A stretch of DNA of 64,000 bases from Eledone cirrhosa (Eukaryota). The notes beneath the pieces are model-generated. The model ran no database searches. It saw only the letters and a program-made list of their open reading frames with translations, and had not been told where the DNA came from. Both the position numbers and the translations under genes were made by a program. The stretch spans positions 69,254,001 through 69,318,000 of the forward strand of contig OZ024745.1 in assembly GCA_964016885.1 (NCBI GenBank). The letters are read 5' to 3'. Below, one piece after another: positions 1-12,870 of the stretch (positions are counted from its first letter, which is position 1; every line of letters begins with the position of its first letter).

Positions 1-479
1 GTTATTATAGTAATTGGCGTTAGCATCAAAGATGTTTTTATTAGAAGATATGTTAGATATTCTATTTCCAATATTATTAACTATAGCATTCTTGATATTG
101 GTAGGATGGTTAGATTTAAAGTTAACATAATTAAGGTTCTCATTGTTTTTATGGTAAGGGTAATATAGGCCAGTGTCAAGATTAAGAGATACATCCAAGA
201 AATTAGCTAGTTTGATACTATTATCAAATTCAATTTTTAGGTTATGTTGAATTTGATAATAGTATCAAACTAGCTAATTTCTTGGATGTATCTCTTAATC
301 TTGACACTGGCCTATATTACCCTTACCATAAAAACAATGAGAACCTTAATTATGTTAACTTTAAATCTAACCATCCTACCAATATCAAGAATGCTATAGT
401 TAATAATATTGGAAATAGAATATCTAACATATCTTCTAATAAAAACATCTTTGATGTTAACGCCAATTACTATAATAAC
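1..479. repeat. Fold-back inverted repeat of PLE RT sequence (arms 1-233 and 247-479, 13-nt spacer; left arm cut by the window edge)
   Basis: 1-233 is the near-perfect reverse complement of 247-479. Read on the minus strand, the spacer continues the RT frame (HNLKIEFDNS). Confidence 0.95.
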
Positions 480-1478
480 GCACTTTCTAAAGCCGGCTAT
501 CCAGATAAAATCAAATATAATAAAGAAACAAATTCTAGAAAAACTTACAGTAGAATAATTAATCATGACCATTCCAACAATTTTAATAAAAGACCTAGAT
601 ACAAAAACATAATCTGGTATAATGCTCCTTTCTCCATCTCTATTAATAACAATATTCCTAAATTATTTTTTAGTGCCTTAAATAAATGCTTCCCTCCCTC
701 ACATATCTATAGTAAAATATTTAACAAACACACCATCAAATTTTCGTATTCTACATCCTCCAATATTTCCAACATCATCTCTAAACACAACAACAAAATA
801 TTAAATACTAAATCTCTTCCTTCCAATATTGAATTTCATAATAACAGTAATAGTACTCCCGACGTCATTGTAAACCCTAGGCTAACTTCTGTAAACCCAA
901 ATACAACGTCAAACACAACTTCGCTAAATGTTCATAATCCAACTCTAAATCAAGAAACTATTATTCCTATTATTCCTATCGCAAACAACTTCTCCAATCC
1001 AATTCCTTCTATAGATAACACTAGATCACTCATTAATAATCTCTCTAATTGCAACTGCTGCATTAAAAATAAATGTCCTCTCAACAACCATTGTCTCGAT
1101 AAAAACTTAATTTATGAATGTAAAATTATAACTAGCACCAATTCCTTCACCTATTTTGGCTCCACTTCCACCTCTTTTAAAGCTCGTCTCTATAATCATC
1201 ATTCATCTTTCAAATACAAACTTAAAAGAACTAACACTACTCTCTCAGAACTCATATGGTCCTTAAAAGACAAAAACATTAAATATACCATCTTTTGGAA
1301 GAAGATTTCTTCTGCATCCTCATACTTGAACAGCTCTCTATCTAAAATCTGTAATCTCTGCCTAAATGAAAAATTTACCATTATCTCTAACCTAGATTCT
1401 ATAATAAATAGACGCACAGATTTGTTTTCTATCTGCCTGCATAAATTCCATAGAACTTTTCACAAAGTATACAGTTAA
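282..1478 (+). mobile_element. Penelope-like retroelement, 5'-truncated: RT C-terminus/thumb plus GIY-YIG endonuclease
   Basis: FLDV..PYHK..SNHP thumb motifs, IIWYNAPFS, CNC..CPL..C, IYECK..YFGST..KARLYNH (GIY-YIG), CNLCLNEK, C-x-H terminus. Confidence 0.92.
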
Positions 1479-2583
1479 TATTCAATTCTTTATCAATTTA
1501 GATCTTTTCTCAAAGGCACATATACATACACCTCTTTAAAATATACCCATCTACCTTACTTTAAAGGGCATTATACACTCTATAATACTCGTTTACTCAT
1601 TACCCTCATTCTATCTTCTTGTAAAATCATAACATTTGTTTTGACATTAGAATATTCATCCGCAATCATTATTATTTTTTTCTCTCTATCATAAATCTTT
1701 TTAATCTCAATTTCATCCTTAATTTATTATTATTTTTTTCTCCCCATCAACGAACTCATTATTAATACATATTAACTCTTTATTCGCACATATTATCAAT
1801 TCAATCAATATACAAACTTTAACTTCACATTATTTTTCTCAAATCCTTCTACACACAAACCTTAACAATTTTTCTCTTCGCTAATTTTGAAATTGCCACA
1901 ATACATACATTTCTTTTTTTTGACGTTAGAATATTCACCCACAATTATTATTTTTTTCTCTCTATCTTCATACATAATTTCCCTTCGTTAATTTTCAAAT
2001 TCCTTTAATTTATACATTATCTTCCAACGGTTCCCAACCTCTCTATATTAAAACAATATATCTTTTTCTCAGTTATAAAAACTATCTCTTTCTCTCTATC
2101 ACCCATCTCTCCCTCTCCACCTTCACTCTCATCTCCTCCCCCTTTTTTTCATCCTTTCCACCCCCCTCCCTAAATAAAATATGTTTTCGTCGCACATATC
2201 CTCCCTTCGTTAATTTTCAAAATTTTTAATTTATACAGTATCTTCCAACGGTTTTCAACCTCTCTATGTAAAAAAATATATCTCCTCTCAGTTATAAAAA
2301 CTATCTCTTTCTCTCCATCACCCATCTCTCCCTCTCATCTCCTTCCCTTTTCATCCTTTCCCCCCCCTCTCTAAATAAAATATTTTTCCCAATATCACAC
2401 ATCAATCTAAAACCACTTTTCATATGTTGATTTAAAACTGCACTATCCACAAGTGTTTTTTTTGGCCTTCATATCATGTTCTCCTGTTTTATCTGATGAA
2501 AACACAAATATTATTGCATGATGATGTTTGTTTCTGAAATGCGCATAATAAAATATATGGAACTCCTTTAACCATCTTTTGAT

Positions 2584-2585
<2 letters not shown>
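1479..2585 (+). mobile_element. PLE 3' UTR/pLTR with internal direct duplications (about 1981-2185 repeated at about 2203-2385), ending at (TA)n
   Basis: Pyrimidine-rich region following the PLE stop codon. It contains duplicated blocks, an HHR and AATAAA, then the (TA)n array. Confidence 0.7.
2486..2554 (+). ncRNA. Type I hammerhead ribozyme in PLE 3' end
   Basis: Stem I ttttat/ataaaa; CUGAUGA 2493-2499; stem II acaaatattat/atgatgtttgt; GAAA 2536-2539; palindromic stem III tgcgca; UA, with cleavage predicted after 2547. Confidence 0.88.
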
Positions 2586-2681
<96 letters not shown>

Positions 2682-2682
2682 A

Positions 2683-2743
<61 letters not shown>

Positions 2744-3918
2744 GTTGAGATGACAAAACATTAATGTCGTATTTATCATTGTAAGTTCTAGCAGACACAG
2801 AATGTTGCTGACTTACACAAGTAAGATGCAAAGTCAAGGAACTAAATCTACGTTCAATCCGTTTATATGTTCAATGATTTATTAGTTAAAATCTCTAAGG
2901 CAGCATAATGATACTGTTGACATCATGTGCATGACATGTGAATGAGGTAGTATTTGGAACACAATTTTTATTATGTATATTCTTTGCGTATTCATATATA
3001 TGGATGGGAATCTTGCTTTCATTGCATCTTGGCATGGATTTAATTCCATATTTTTTTCTGTAAACAAAACAAACCCGAACTGAAGTACCCAATAATGAGT
3101 TGAGGATTTCCAGAAACTATTTACAATTAAAATGGCACGATACATCTCTTAGTTGCTAATGTAGAAGCGGAGAAAAATAAGCAACTCATAGACACATTAT
3201 TCTTCTCGGATATCTTTAATGTTTCTCCAGAAGCTATACAATAAATCAAGATTTAATGAAAAGACAAAACAAAAGGAGAACAAAAACAAACCAACTAACA
3301 CAACAAACATCAGCCTCACACTTTCCTCATAAATTATCAATCTTCCAAAAATGTCTGTAAAATAAGAAAATACTGGAATTTATAATTATATTGCACACAA
3401 GAAGTTCTCTGGAGCGATTTGATAATCTGTTATTTTATTATAAACTTTCAAGCTGCCAGTGAGATGTTAATCTGTTGTGTAGGTATAGAAAAAAATCTTT
3501 GTAAACAAATTCATCTGTCTTTAGATTACGTTTATTTAAAAACAACAACATACACTCAGCTTAATAAATAGCTGGGGGTACGTTCATGAAAATATTAGTA
3601 CGTTCATGTTTATATTAGACGGGTTAATTTTTCCTCTTTCAGCAACATTTATATAACAAATGCATTACTACTAGGGATTGCTAATACAATGTTGATGTTA
3701 GCAATATGATCGTACCAGATGAGTACGTTTTGTACTGTATTTTAATACAAATATATTTGAGTACTGCAAAAAATGGTTCATATATTCTTTTACCGATGTT
3801 CATTAATTGACTGCAGCTATGCTAGGCCATCAGCTTTAAGTGATTTAAATGATTATATTGTTCCTCGTTTTTGGTTTTAAAGCTTTGTATTTATATCATC
3901 ATCCGGCTTCTGTCGAAC

Positions 3919-4118
3919 NNNNNNNNNNNNNNNNNNNNNNNNNNNNNNNNNNNNNNNNNNNNNNNNNNNNNNNNNNNNNNNNNNNNNNNNNNNNNNNNNN
4001 NNNNNNNNNNNNNNNNNNNNNNNNNNNNNNNNNNNNNNNNNNNNNNNNNNNNNNNNNNNNNNNNNNNNNNNNNNNNNNNNNNNNNNNNNNNNNNNNNNNN
4101 NNNNNNNNNNNNNNNNNN
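3919..4118. other. Assembly gap (200 N)
   Basis: Run of N. Confidence 1.
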
Positions 4119-4155
4119 TAATCAAAACCGTAGCGATATGGTTTATATCAACTCT

Positions 4156-4222
4156 TATATTTTGTCTGATGAAAACGTACTTAAACACCATTGTACCTTT
4201 GAAATATGCATAATAAAATATA
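4156..4222 (+). ncRNA. Type I hammerhead ribozyme (same family as 2486)
   Basis: Stem I tatattttgt/ataaaatata; CUGAUGA 4166-4172; stem II aaa-c-gtac/gtac-c-ttt; GAAA 4201-4204; stem III tatgca; UA. Confidence 0.85.
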
Positions 4223-4263
4223 TATTTTGATTATGAGAATATTTTTCATTTATTAACATTTTG

Positions 4264-4333
<70 letters not shown>

Positions 4334-4343
4334 TATAAGGTAG

Positions 4344-5845
4344 TTAATATTCCTTCTGTAGCCTTTTTAAGTCTCCTCTTTTAAACGAGTTCCATGTCTC
4401 TGGATCTCTAAATTCGGTTTTCTCAAAGAAGGTACTATGAAAGGATTTTTCCTGAAGGCTGCTCTTTCTCCTTGATGTTATTTCTTCCTTGGACATCCCC
4501 TGGCATATTGTCCCCTCCTTCAGTACAGTTCTGACTATTGGCTCCTTACTATCAGTCACGTATTTGTGTAGGCTGTTTTTCTCCATCTGAACACAGTCCT
4601 CTATGCTGATAAGACCTCTTCCACCTTCAGATCTCCTTAAGTAGAGTCTATCGACATCACTCCTCTTGTGGAACATGTTGCAGATAGTCAATAGCTTCCT
4701 AGTCTTCCTATCCATTTCTTTTTGTTCAGCAACATTCCATCTCAGAATTCCCGCACTGTACCTAATAATAGACACAACTCGGGAATTTACTGCACTTATG
4801 GCATTCCTACTGTTTAGATGTGACTTTAATACGCTCCTTACTCTCCGAATGTATTCAGTTCTTATCAATTCCTTCATTTTTTTGTTCTTGATGTCATCAG
4901 CCTCCAGAACACCCAACTACTTGTATCCTTCTTCAGAGTCAATTTCCTTTATCATCTCACCTATTGGTACATGGATTCCGTTACTTCTGCTCAACTTACC
5001 ACTCTTCATCACAATGACTCCATATTTACTAATACCAAATTGCATACATATATCATTGCTGAAAATACGGACAGTGTCAACAAGCACATCCAACTCCTTC
5101 TCGCTCTTTCCGAAGAGCTTAAGATCGTCCATGAAGAGGAGGTGATTGATGGTAAGCCCTCCCTTTCCCAACCTCTATCCTGCTCTCACTTTTCTCAGTA
5201 CACTGGTCAGGGGCATCAGGGCAAGGACAAACAACAGAGGGGACAGACTATCTCCCTGGAAGATACGTCTCTTGATTTTCACGCTTCCCAAGGATTCTCC
5301 AGTTGATGTTAACTCTGTTTCCCAGGACTTCATACTTTTGCCCAACAACTGTCTGATGTTATCTGCCACCTTGAAGATCTCCAGGCTTTTGGTGATCCAA
5401 GAATGAGGCACCATGTCAAATGCCTTTTTGTAGTCTATCCATCCCATGGCAAGACCAGTGTGTCTCCTCTTGCAATTCCTCATTACCATCTTATCAAAAA
5501 GTAACTGGTCCTTTGTACCACGTGACTTCTTTCGGCATCCTTTCTGTTCGTCCGGTAACATGTTGTTTGTGTGGAGGTGATGGTAGATTTCCTCAGACAT
5601 AATGCTTGTCAACAGTTTCCACATTACGGATAGACATGTGATAGGTCAATTGTTGGTAACATCATTACCCTTGATTCGGTCTTTCATTATCAGAACTGTG
5701 GTACCTTTGGTCAACCACTCTGGTACCTCACCTGACATCAAGCAGTCATTGAACATGGTTGTCAGTTTCGGGTGGAGGGATGTTATATCTTTAATCCAAT
5801 ACCCCTGCACACCATCTGGGCCTGGTGATTTCCAGTTGGTTAGTT
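4344..5845 (-). mobile_element. R4/Dong-type RLE LINE, family B, RT fragment (frameshifted, truncated at both ends)
   Basis: [69 protein letters not shown]. Confidence 0.92.
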
Positions 5846-5863
5846 TTATTATTATTATTATTA

Positions 5864-8800
5864 CAGTTGCATTTATCTTGCTTTATGTTCATACGAGTTA
5901 TCACCAAGTCACAACCAGTGACCTCAAGAGTCAAAAAGGTCCGCCATGTTCAAGAAAGAACATACATACTCACACATGCATCTTTAGTGTTTAGACTTGT
6001 GATGTACTTATATTGACAGAATCTTCCTTAGTATATGGGCAGTTCCCATTAGTACTATCTTTTGTATTTCTCCTATACGCGGGTTTCCTGGGATTTGCGA
6101 TAAGTAATCATTAGACCCCTTAGGTATCATTCCCAGAGCGCCTACAACCACTGGTATTGTTTTAGTTCTCAATTTCCACATTTTTCCAATTTCTATCTCC
6201 AGGTCCTTATACTTGCTCAATTTTTCAAATTTTTTTATAAATACATTCTTGTCTATTGGAACGGACATATCAATTAGCAGGCATACCCTCTTTTTAAAGT
6301 CCTTCAATATTATATCAGGTCTATTTGCATTTATTTTTCGGTCTGTTTGGATGCTAAAGTTCCACAAGATTGAGATGTGATCTTTTTCAAGTATGGGAGG
6401 TGGTTGATGCTCCCATCAATTCTTTTGATGGGGCAGGTCAAAATGCTTACACATTATCCAATGTATGTATTGTGCAGCTCTGTCATGCCTGTTTAGGTAT
6501 TCGGTTGGAGCTATAGGACTGCACATTGAAATTATATGGTCAATGGTCTCTGGTTGTTTTTTGCATACACGGCATAATGGTCTGCATCCATTATCTATAT
6601 CTGCCTTAGGGTGATGCATTCTGTGCATGGTTAAGAATTTTCGAATTTTTGTATCGAGCCTACGGATCTCTGTGCTTGACCAGTTGATGACATTGTAACT
6701 GTAGGTTACTACTGGTATGGCAAGCGTGTTTATGGCATCGATCCTATTCCTTGCATTCAATTCCGTTCTTAAGATTGCTCTTACTCTACGGTAACATTCC
6801 TTCCTTATCCTTTCCCTCATTGTCGAGTGCTTGATTCCGTCTCCTTCACAAACACCTAGATATTTGTAAGTTTTTTCTTGATCAAGTTTTCTTATCACGT
6901 TTCCCCGATCAAGATTAATGTCTGAACTCTTCAGCAGCTTTCCTCTGGTGAACGTTGCTTTGGCGCATTTATCTAGTCCAAACTCCATTTTAATGTCATC
7001 ACTGAACTGCTCCACAGTGGATAATAGCCCTTGCAATTGTTCATCATTTTTTGCAAATAGTTTCAGGTCATCCATGTAGAACAAGTGATTAATGGTTTTG
7101 CCATAGACTTTATATTCATGTTTTGTTTCATTGAGCATTTTACTTAATGGTATAAGTGCGATGCAGAATAAAAGCGGTGATATAGAGTCACCCTGAAAAA
7201 TTCCACAATTAATATTAACTTATCCAGCTTCCAGTGATTTTGTTTCACTATTCAAAAGGAGTGTCGTTTTCCATGTCTTCATACTGAATGACAAAAACCT
7301 CCTGACAACGGAGGATATTTTGAAAATCTCTAAACATTTTTCCATCCAACTGTGTGGCAAACTATCGAATGCTTTTTTATAATCTATCCAAGCAATTGAT
7401 AGATTTTTGTGTCTATTATGACAATCTTCCAGTATCATTTTGTTAACCAAAAGCTGATCCTTACAGCCATATGAGCCTCGTTTACACCCTTTCTGCTCAA
7501 TGGGAAATAGGTCATTTGTTATCAGGTGGTCATATGTTTATTCAGTTAGGACTGATGTTAAAATTTTATACATTGTGGTCAAGCAAGTTATCGGTCTGTA
7601 ATTTTGGGGATTGTTTGTCTCATCATTCTTCGGAAGCAGGAATGTAATGCCGTTAACTAGCCATGATGGTATCTTTTCTGGCTCCTTAACTATTTCATTG
7701 TAAAGTTGGGCTAACAGCTCATGAGACTCTGTGAAGGCATTTATCCAAAAATTTTGTATTTTATCTTTTCCTGGGGATTTCCATTTGCTGGTTTTTCTTA
7801 GAGCCAAGCGCAACTGTTCAACTGTTATGTTTTCCCATATTTGTTCCTCAAGGTGAGCTGTATATTTCATTTGTCTGTCTATCCATGGGGCATGTATATT
7901 ATGAACTTTTTCTTCGGCCCAGATCTTTTCCTAGAATTCTTGCACTTCCTCCTTGGTATTGATTTAGCAGTTATTGTTGACTTACCAATTTTTCTGTAGA
8001 AGTTTCTTTGGTTGTTTTTGAACATATTATTGTCCTTATAGAATCTAGATCGTTTTTCAAAGCGCCTTATACGAGCAGCTTTGGCCGACACTTTTTGCTT
8101 GATTATTTCTATCAGCATGTCTATGTCACTTGTTGATTTTATACTATACTTTCTTTTCAATTTTCTAAGTTTAGTTTGTTTAACATGTTCACCTACTTTA
8201 TAGTTTGTTAACATTTCTATGTCAGATCGGAGAAGGTTTATTTGGCGATTGATGTTCTCTTGCCAAGTAGATTTCTTGTGGGAATTCCTTTGTTTTTTGA
8301 TCTTCACTCCACAATAGTGAGTGGTAACTTTAGCCGATGCATAATAGAGATGATTTAAATCAGTAATGTTTAGTTTGTTTGTGATGATAATGTTTTTGAG
8401 AATTATGTTAGTCTTGTGTATTATCTTTTGGTTCTGTTTGGAGTTCTGGATCTTAGGGAGGGTGTCTCGTTGCCTCATGTCAGATTCTTTCATTTTCATC
8501 CATTCGATCATAATTTCATCCTTCAAGTTGGCAAGTTTATTCTCATTCATTTCTTTATCATTTACGATCTCATTATTTTCATTTGGAGTTTCATCTTGAG
8601 CAAGCACTCCCTCCACTTTTTCGATCCTTTATTTAATTTGTTCTGTTGCCAGTGATTCCGCCCCAACCCTGGGATTCGAAGTGTTACAATTTAACTCGTT
8701 TTTACTGACACATGTTTCATTTTCCCTTCGCTGACTTTGTGCTAATAGCCTAATCTGATCAATTTCTATATCAGTTAGTAACTTTTTTTTTACAATATTT

Positions 8801-9335
8801 CTTCGTATATTGGCTAGTTTGTTACTGTCAATATAGCCCCTGTTTCCGGGATGTTTCTTTTTCCAGTTGATATATGTCTGTTCTGTATTCGATGTATTTT
8901 ATGGGTAGTACATGGCAGTGTAGAAAGCCTCAAGGACTTGTTTATTATTTTCCCTTGACCATTTTTCTCTCTTTTTCTTTGGATTTCTTGGTGGTGAGCA
9001 TGGAGGGCCAACAGTAGGAGTATTCCGGTTATGGGAGGTCTCCAGCTCCGAAATGATGGGAAGCTTTGAACCATTAGCTGATTTTACGACCCCAGTCTGG
9101 TTCCTCTCTGAGGGACACGGCCCTTTTTTACCCGGGTGACGGCCGATCCGGTATGAGATTTTATCATTAGACATTTACTTTATTTTGTCGCGTTTTATCC
9201 TTATCCGCCAAGGGGTAATCATTTCGTGTTACCACTTCTAGAACGAGTGTCAACCAAGACTAGAGGGGTCGTTCTTCCCTAGAGACACGGCTATTCCCCG
9301 CCGGACGCCATCCCGGTATTTCTTGGACACGGGGT
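5864..9335 (-). mobile_element. R4/Dong-type RLE LINE, family A, near full-length, with frameshifts and an internal deletion at about 6590; (TAA)n tail at 5846-5863
   Basis: Fragmented ORF from ATG 9174: N-terminus, WKSPGKDKI, NYRPITCL, YMDD, CRVC..ETIDH..C zinc knuckle, RHD, RPD..D..K RLE domain; 3' UTR ends in TAA repeats. Confidence 0.93.
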
Positions 9336-10401
9336 TTTCTTTTTTGTTGCTTTTTTAAATTGTTATTATCATGAGTGGTTCCTTAATGTGAGCATTGCGT
9401 GGCTTAAGAATGAAATTATTAATAATAATAATTGTCTCCACTCCAGGCACAAGGCCAGAATTCACCCAGTGCATTACAATAATATAATATGCTTTTTGCT
9501 GAAGTTGCCTGTTATTGTTGTTGGCTATGTTGGTGGTGGTGCTGGGGCTTTTTATATTGTTGGTGAGGAAGGGGGGAGCCAGCAGTGCCATAGATGTTGA
9601 CGTTTGGCCGGTGGCCAGGTCACTAAGTCAATCTATTTATATCTATTGCTAGCCTCTCCCTTGTCTAGTGATACCGCCACCTCCCCTTTCTTAAGTTAAC
9701 AGGGGAATAGTGGTGGTAGCAATGAAGGAGTGGTGGCGGCGGTGATGGGGTAGTGGTATCAATGATGGATGGAGTGGTGGCGGCGATGGCGTTGTCGTTA
9801 CTGAGTTTTGTTTTTTTTGATATGTAGTATCTATGCGTTTGTGACGCGTATGTTTAATATCTGTGTTGAATAGACTAGTTTTGTTTGATCTGTCGTGTCT
9901 ATGCGTTTGTACCGCGTTTGTTTACTATATGCGTTGAGATATTCCCGTAAAATTGGAATTAAACATTTTGTTAAAACTTGAGACAATAATAATAGTAATT
10001 ATTGTTATGATGCTGGGATTGGTGGTGGTGGTGGTGAAATTGCCGTTATCTGGCTGTTATATTTAGTGTACACAGCGGGGTGATGGGGTAGGTGGTGTAT
10101 CAAGTTTCTGGTGTTGGTGAAATTGCTGTTATTTGGCTGTTCTATATAGTGTAGACAAAGGGAGTTTTCTTCCATTTATAACCATTTTCTTTTTTGAATA
10201 TAAAATATATAATACAAAATTGAATATTTGAGCGATATAACAATATATTATGGATCCGAAATTTTATGAGACTTGATTCGGTGGTTTATTCATTATTTGT
10301 ACTAAGAATTGTTATTTCACAATTGATTTAAATATGTTAAAAATCAAAAAACTTACGGGAGCGATTTCATAACCTTCTACCACCTCGTGCGTCTTCTTTC
10401 C

Positions 10402-10511
10402 TTATTATTATTATTATTATTATTATTTTATTATTATTATTAGCAGCAGCAGCATGAGCAGCAGCAGTAGTAGTAGTAGTAGTAGTAGTGGTAGTAGTAG
10501 TAGTAGTAGTT

Positions 10512-10559
<48 letters not shown>

Positions 10560-10582
10560 ATAGTAGTAGTAGTAGTAGTAGC

Positions 10583-10647
<65 letters not shown>
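10402..10647. repeat. Compound (TTA)n/(AGC)n/(TAG)n microsatellite
   Basis: Directly visible; it accounts for the poly-L/S/V ORFs. Confidence 0.97.
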
Positions 10648-12789
10648 AAATATTTGTTGTAGCATATATATCACATTAAAATTTATTTGCATTCAATCAG
10701 GAGAAAGTTTATCGATCTCCTATAGATAATTTTTGAGATAATAGCAGTTTCATAGGAAATCTTTCTGAAGATCAGTTATAGGATATCTGATACTTTATAG
10801 GCAATTTATCAGGATACAATTTATAGGTCACCTGTAATTTTATAGGAAATCCATGAGAAGACTATTTATAGGCTAACTTGAAGGTTTATATTTAGAATGA
10901 AAGATACAGCCTATAATGTTGTTTTATTTAATTGAAAAACTAAGTTACTTATTATTATGCTTGCGTTTTTTAGCTTAATCTAACGAGGATTCTTACATAA
11001 AACTGTGATAGAAGTGTTTTAGATAAATATAAATACATTCATTATTTTACTACGATGATGTAATTAGATACATTGCTCGGGATTTACAAAAGCAAAAGTT
11101 AAATGATCACGAATTTGGCGGAAATGTGTAACAAAAACTAAGATTTTCATTATTCTTCTGGCGTTTTAAGTGTACATTACTAATGATTCTCACATAAACT
11201 AAGCTTATAAGATAAATATATATATATATTAAAATATTGCAATTTTAACAACTCTATTTTGTTTAACGTAGACAAATCGATAAGCTAGCGATATATTTTT
11301 TAACTGATTACGTTCGGTTTCTACAGATCAATACGGCAGAGTGATTAATCTATTACTTTTTCGCCCCATACATATTTCTTCTCTTCTGTTTATGTCTCTC
11401 TCGTATTGAAATTATCTCATATGACTTTATTCAGAATCACGTAGTGTTAGTGCTCCCACGAATTCCTTTCTTGTATACCCGTGGTTATCTTCCTGTCTTA
11501 AAACAATCTGAATTGAAACCTTTGTAGTTTATAAGAGAAAGGCAAAGTGAGTAAAAATTCAATCTATGAGTTCATAGGGAAATCCCAATGATTTGAAATA
11601 ATATCACAGACGAATACAATCTGATAAATGAAAATGGTTGCTCCTAATTCAGATACAAGACCAACAATTTGGGAGATAAGGGCAAAGTCTCCCATATCGA
11701 CAACAATTCTTGACTGCTACTTTATTTTGTTGACACGGGAAGGATGAAAGGCGAAGTTGACCAAAGTGGGATTTGAATTCAGTAGCAAGTCAAAGACACG
11801 GAAAATATACCGCAGAGTATTTTGGCAGGCACTCAAACAAGTTTGCCAAAACCTCACCCTAATTCCTATCAGACGAAGTAAAGAAAATAAATATGAAAAA
11901 AATGTACAAAGTAGAAAACAAAAGAAAGACGAAATAAATTACAAAATAAGTGTGAAGTAATAGTGTAACAATAAGTCTCAGAAAAGTATTATACAAATGA
12001 TAAAACATTAACAAAAGAATTACAATAACAAAGTCAGCATATGTGCAAAGTTAATAAAATGTTTTAACATTTATTATTTTGAGAAGCGTCGAGATTTAGT
12101 CGCCTTAATGAATTTTTAAATTGACGAATATCGTTATTAGCAAAAACCTAATCAGCCAAACAGTTTCATATTTAATTGCATCCTGGGTAAATAATGTGAA
12201 CAAGCATTGGTGTCTATATGTGTGTTGGACATCCGCTGGTTCCGATGACGGCTGTTCGGATTGTTTGATCAACGTAGCAGCTTGCTTGTGAAATAAACGA
12301 GTAGGAGACAGAGTATTCCATAGAGAGCTATATCGTTTATGGATCCTGAACAAACAAATGACAAATTTGAGCACGACGAGCTTTGAACTAAAAGCAGAGA
12401 CTCAGGATAAATACATACTCGACGCTCTAAAGAAGTCGCTGTATACACATTATTGTAGTGTTGACAACACAACAATTGTATACAGATTTTTTCCTTTTAT
12501 TCTTTTACTGGTCTCAGTCATTAGATTGTAGCTATTCTGAGGCATCTTCCCAAAACGATTTAGAGGACAACGAACGTTCTAGTTGTTTGAAATAATGTGC
12601 AAGTGGCTTAACATTTCACAGACATGCCACTCTCACTAAAATTTAGTGTGACATAGTGCAGGTCACTGAAAAATTTATACACTTATAATATTAATATGAT
12701 TCAGCGTAACAAGTATGTAGCAAGGTTGGTCTTTTGAATTACATGTGTAATTCATTTTCGCCATCTCAGTAAACTGAAGTAACGTGAAG

Positions 12790-12870
12790 TACAGTGTCTT
12801 GCTCAAGGACACAATACCCAACCGGCAATAGTAAGCCAGACACACTAACCACTAAACCACATAGCTCCAC
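12790..12870 (-). mobile_element. Diverged SINE fragment
   Basis: gtgtcttgctcaaggacacaa core-like segment plus ctaaccactaaaccac (A-box-like on the minus strand). Confidence 0.45.

Noticed and set aside
4666-5602. Plus-strand ORFs overlapping LINE fragments (also 8366-8655, 30513-30896, 33837-34220, 44791-45624)
   Set aside because: Antisense shadows of retroelement coding sequence.
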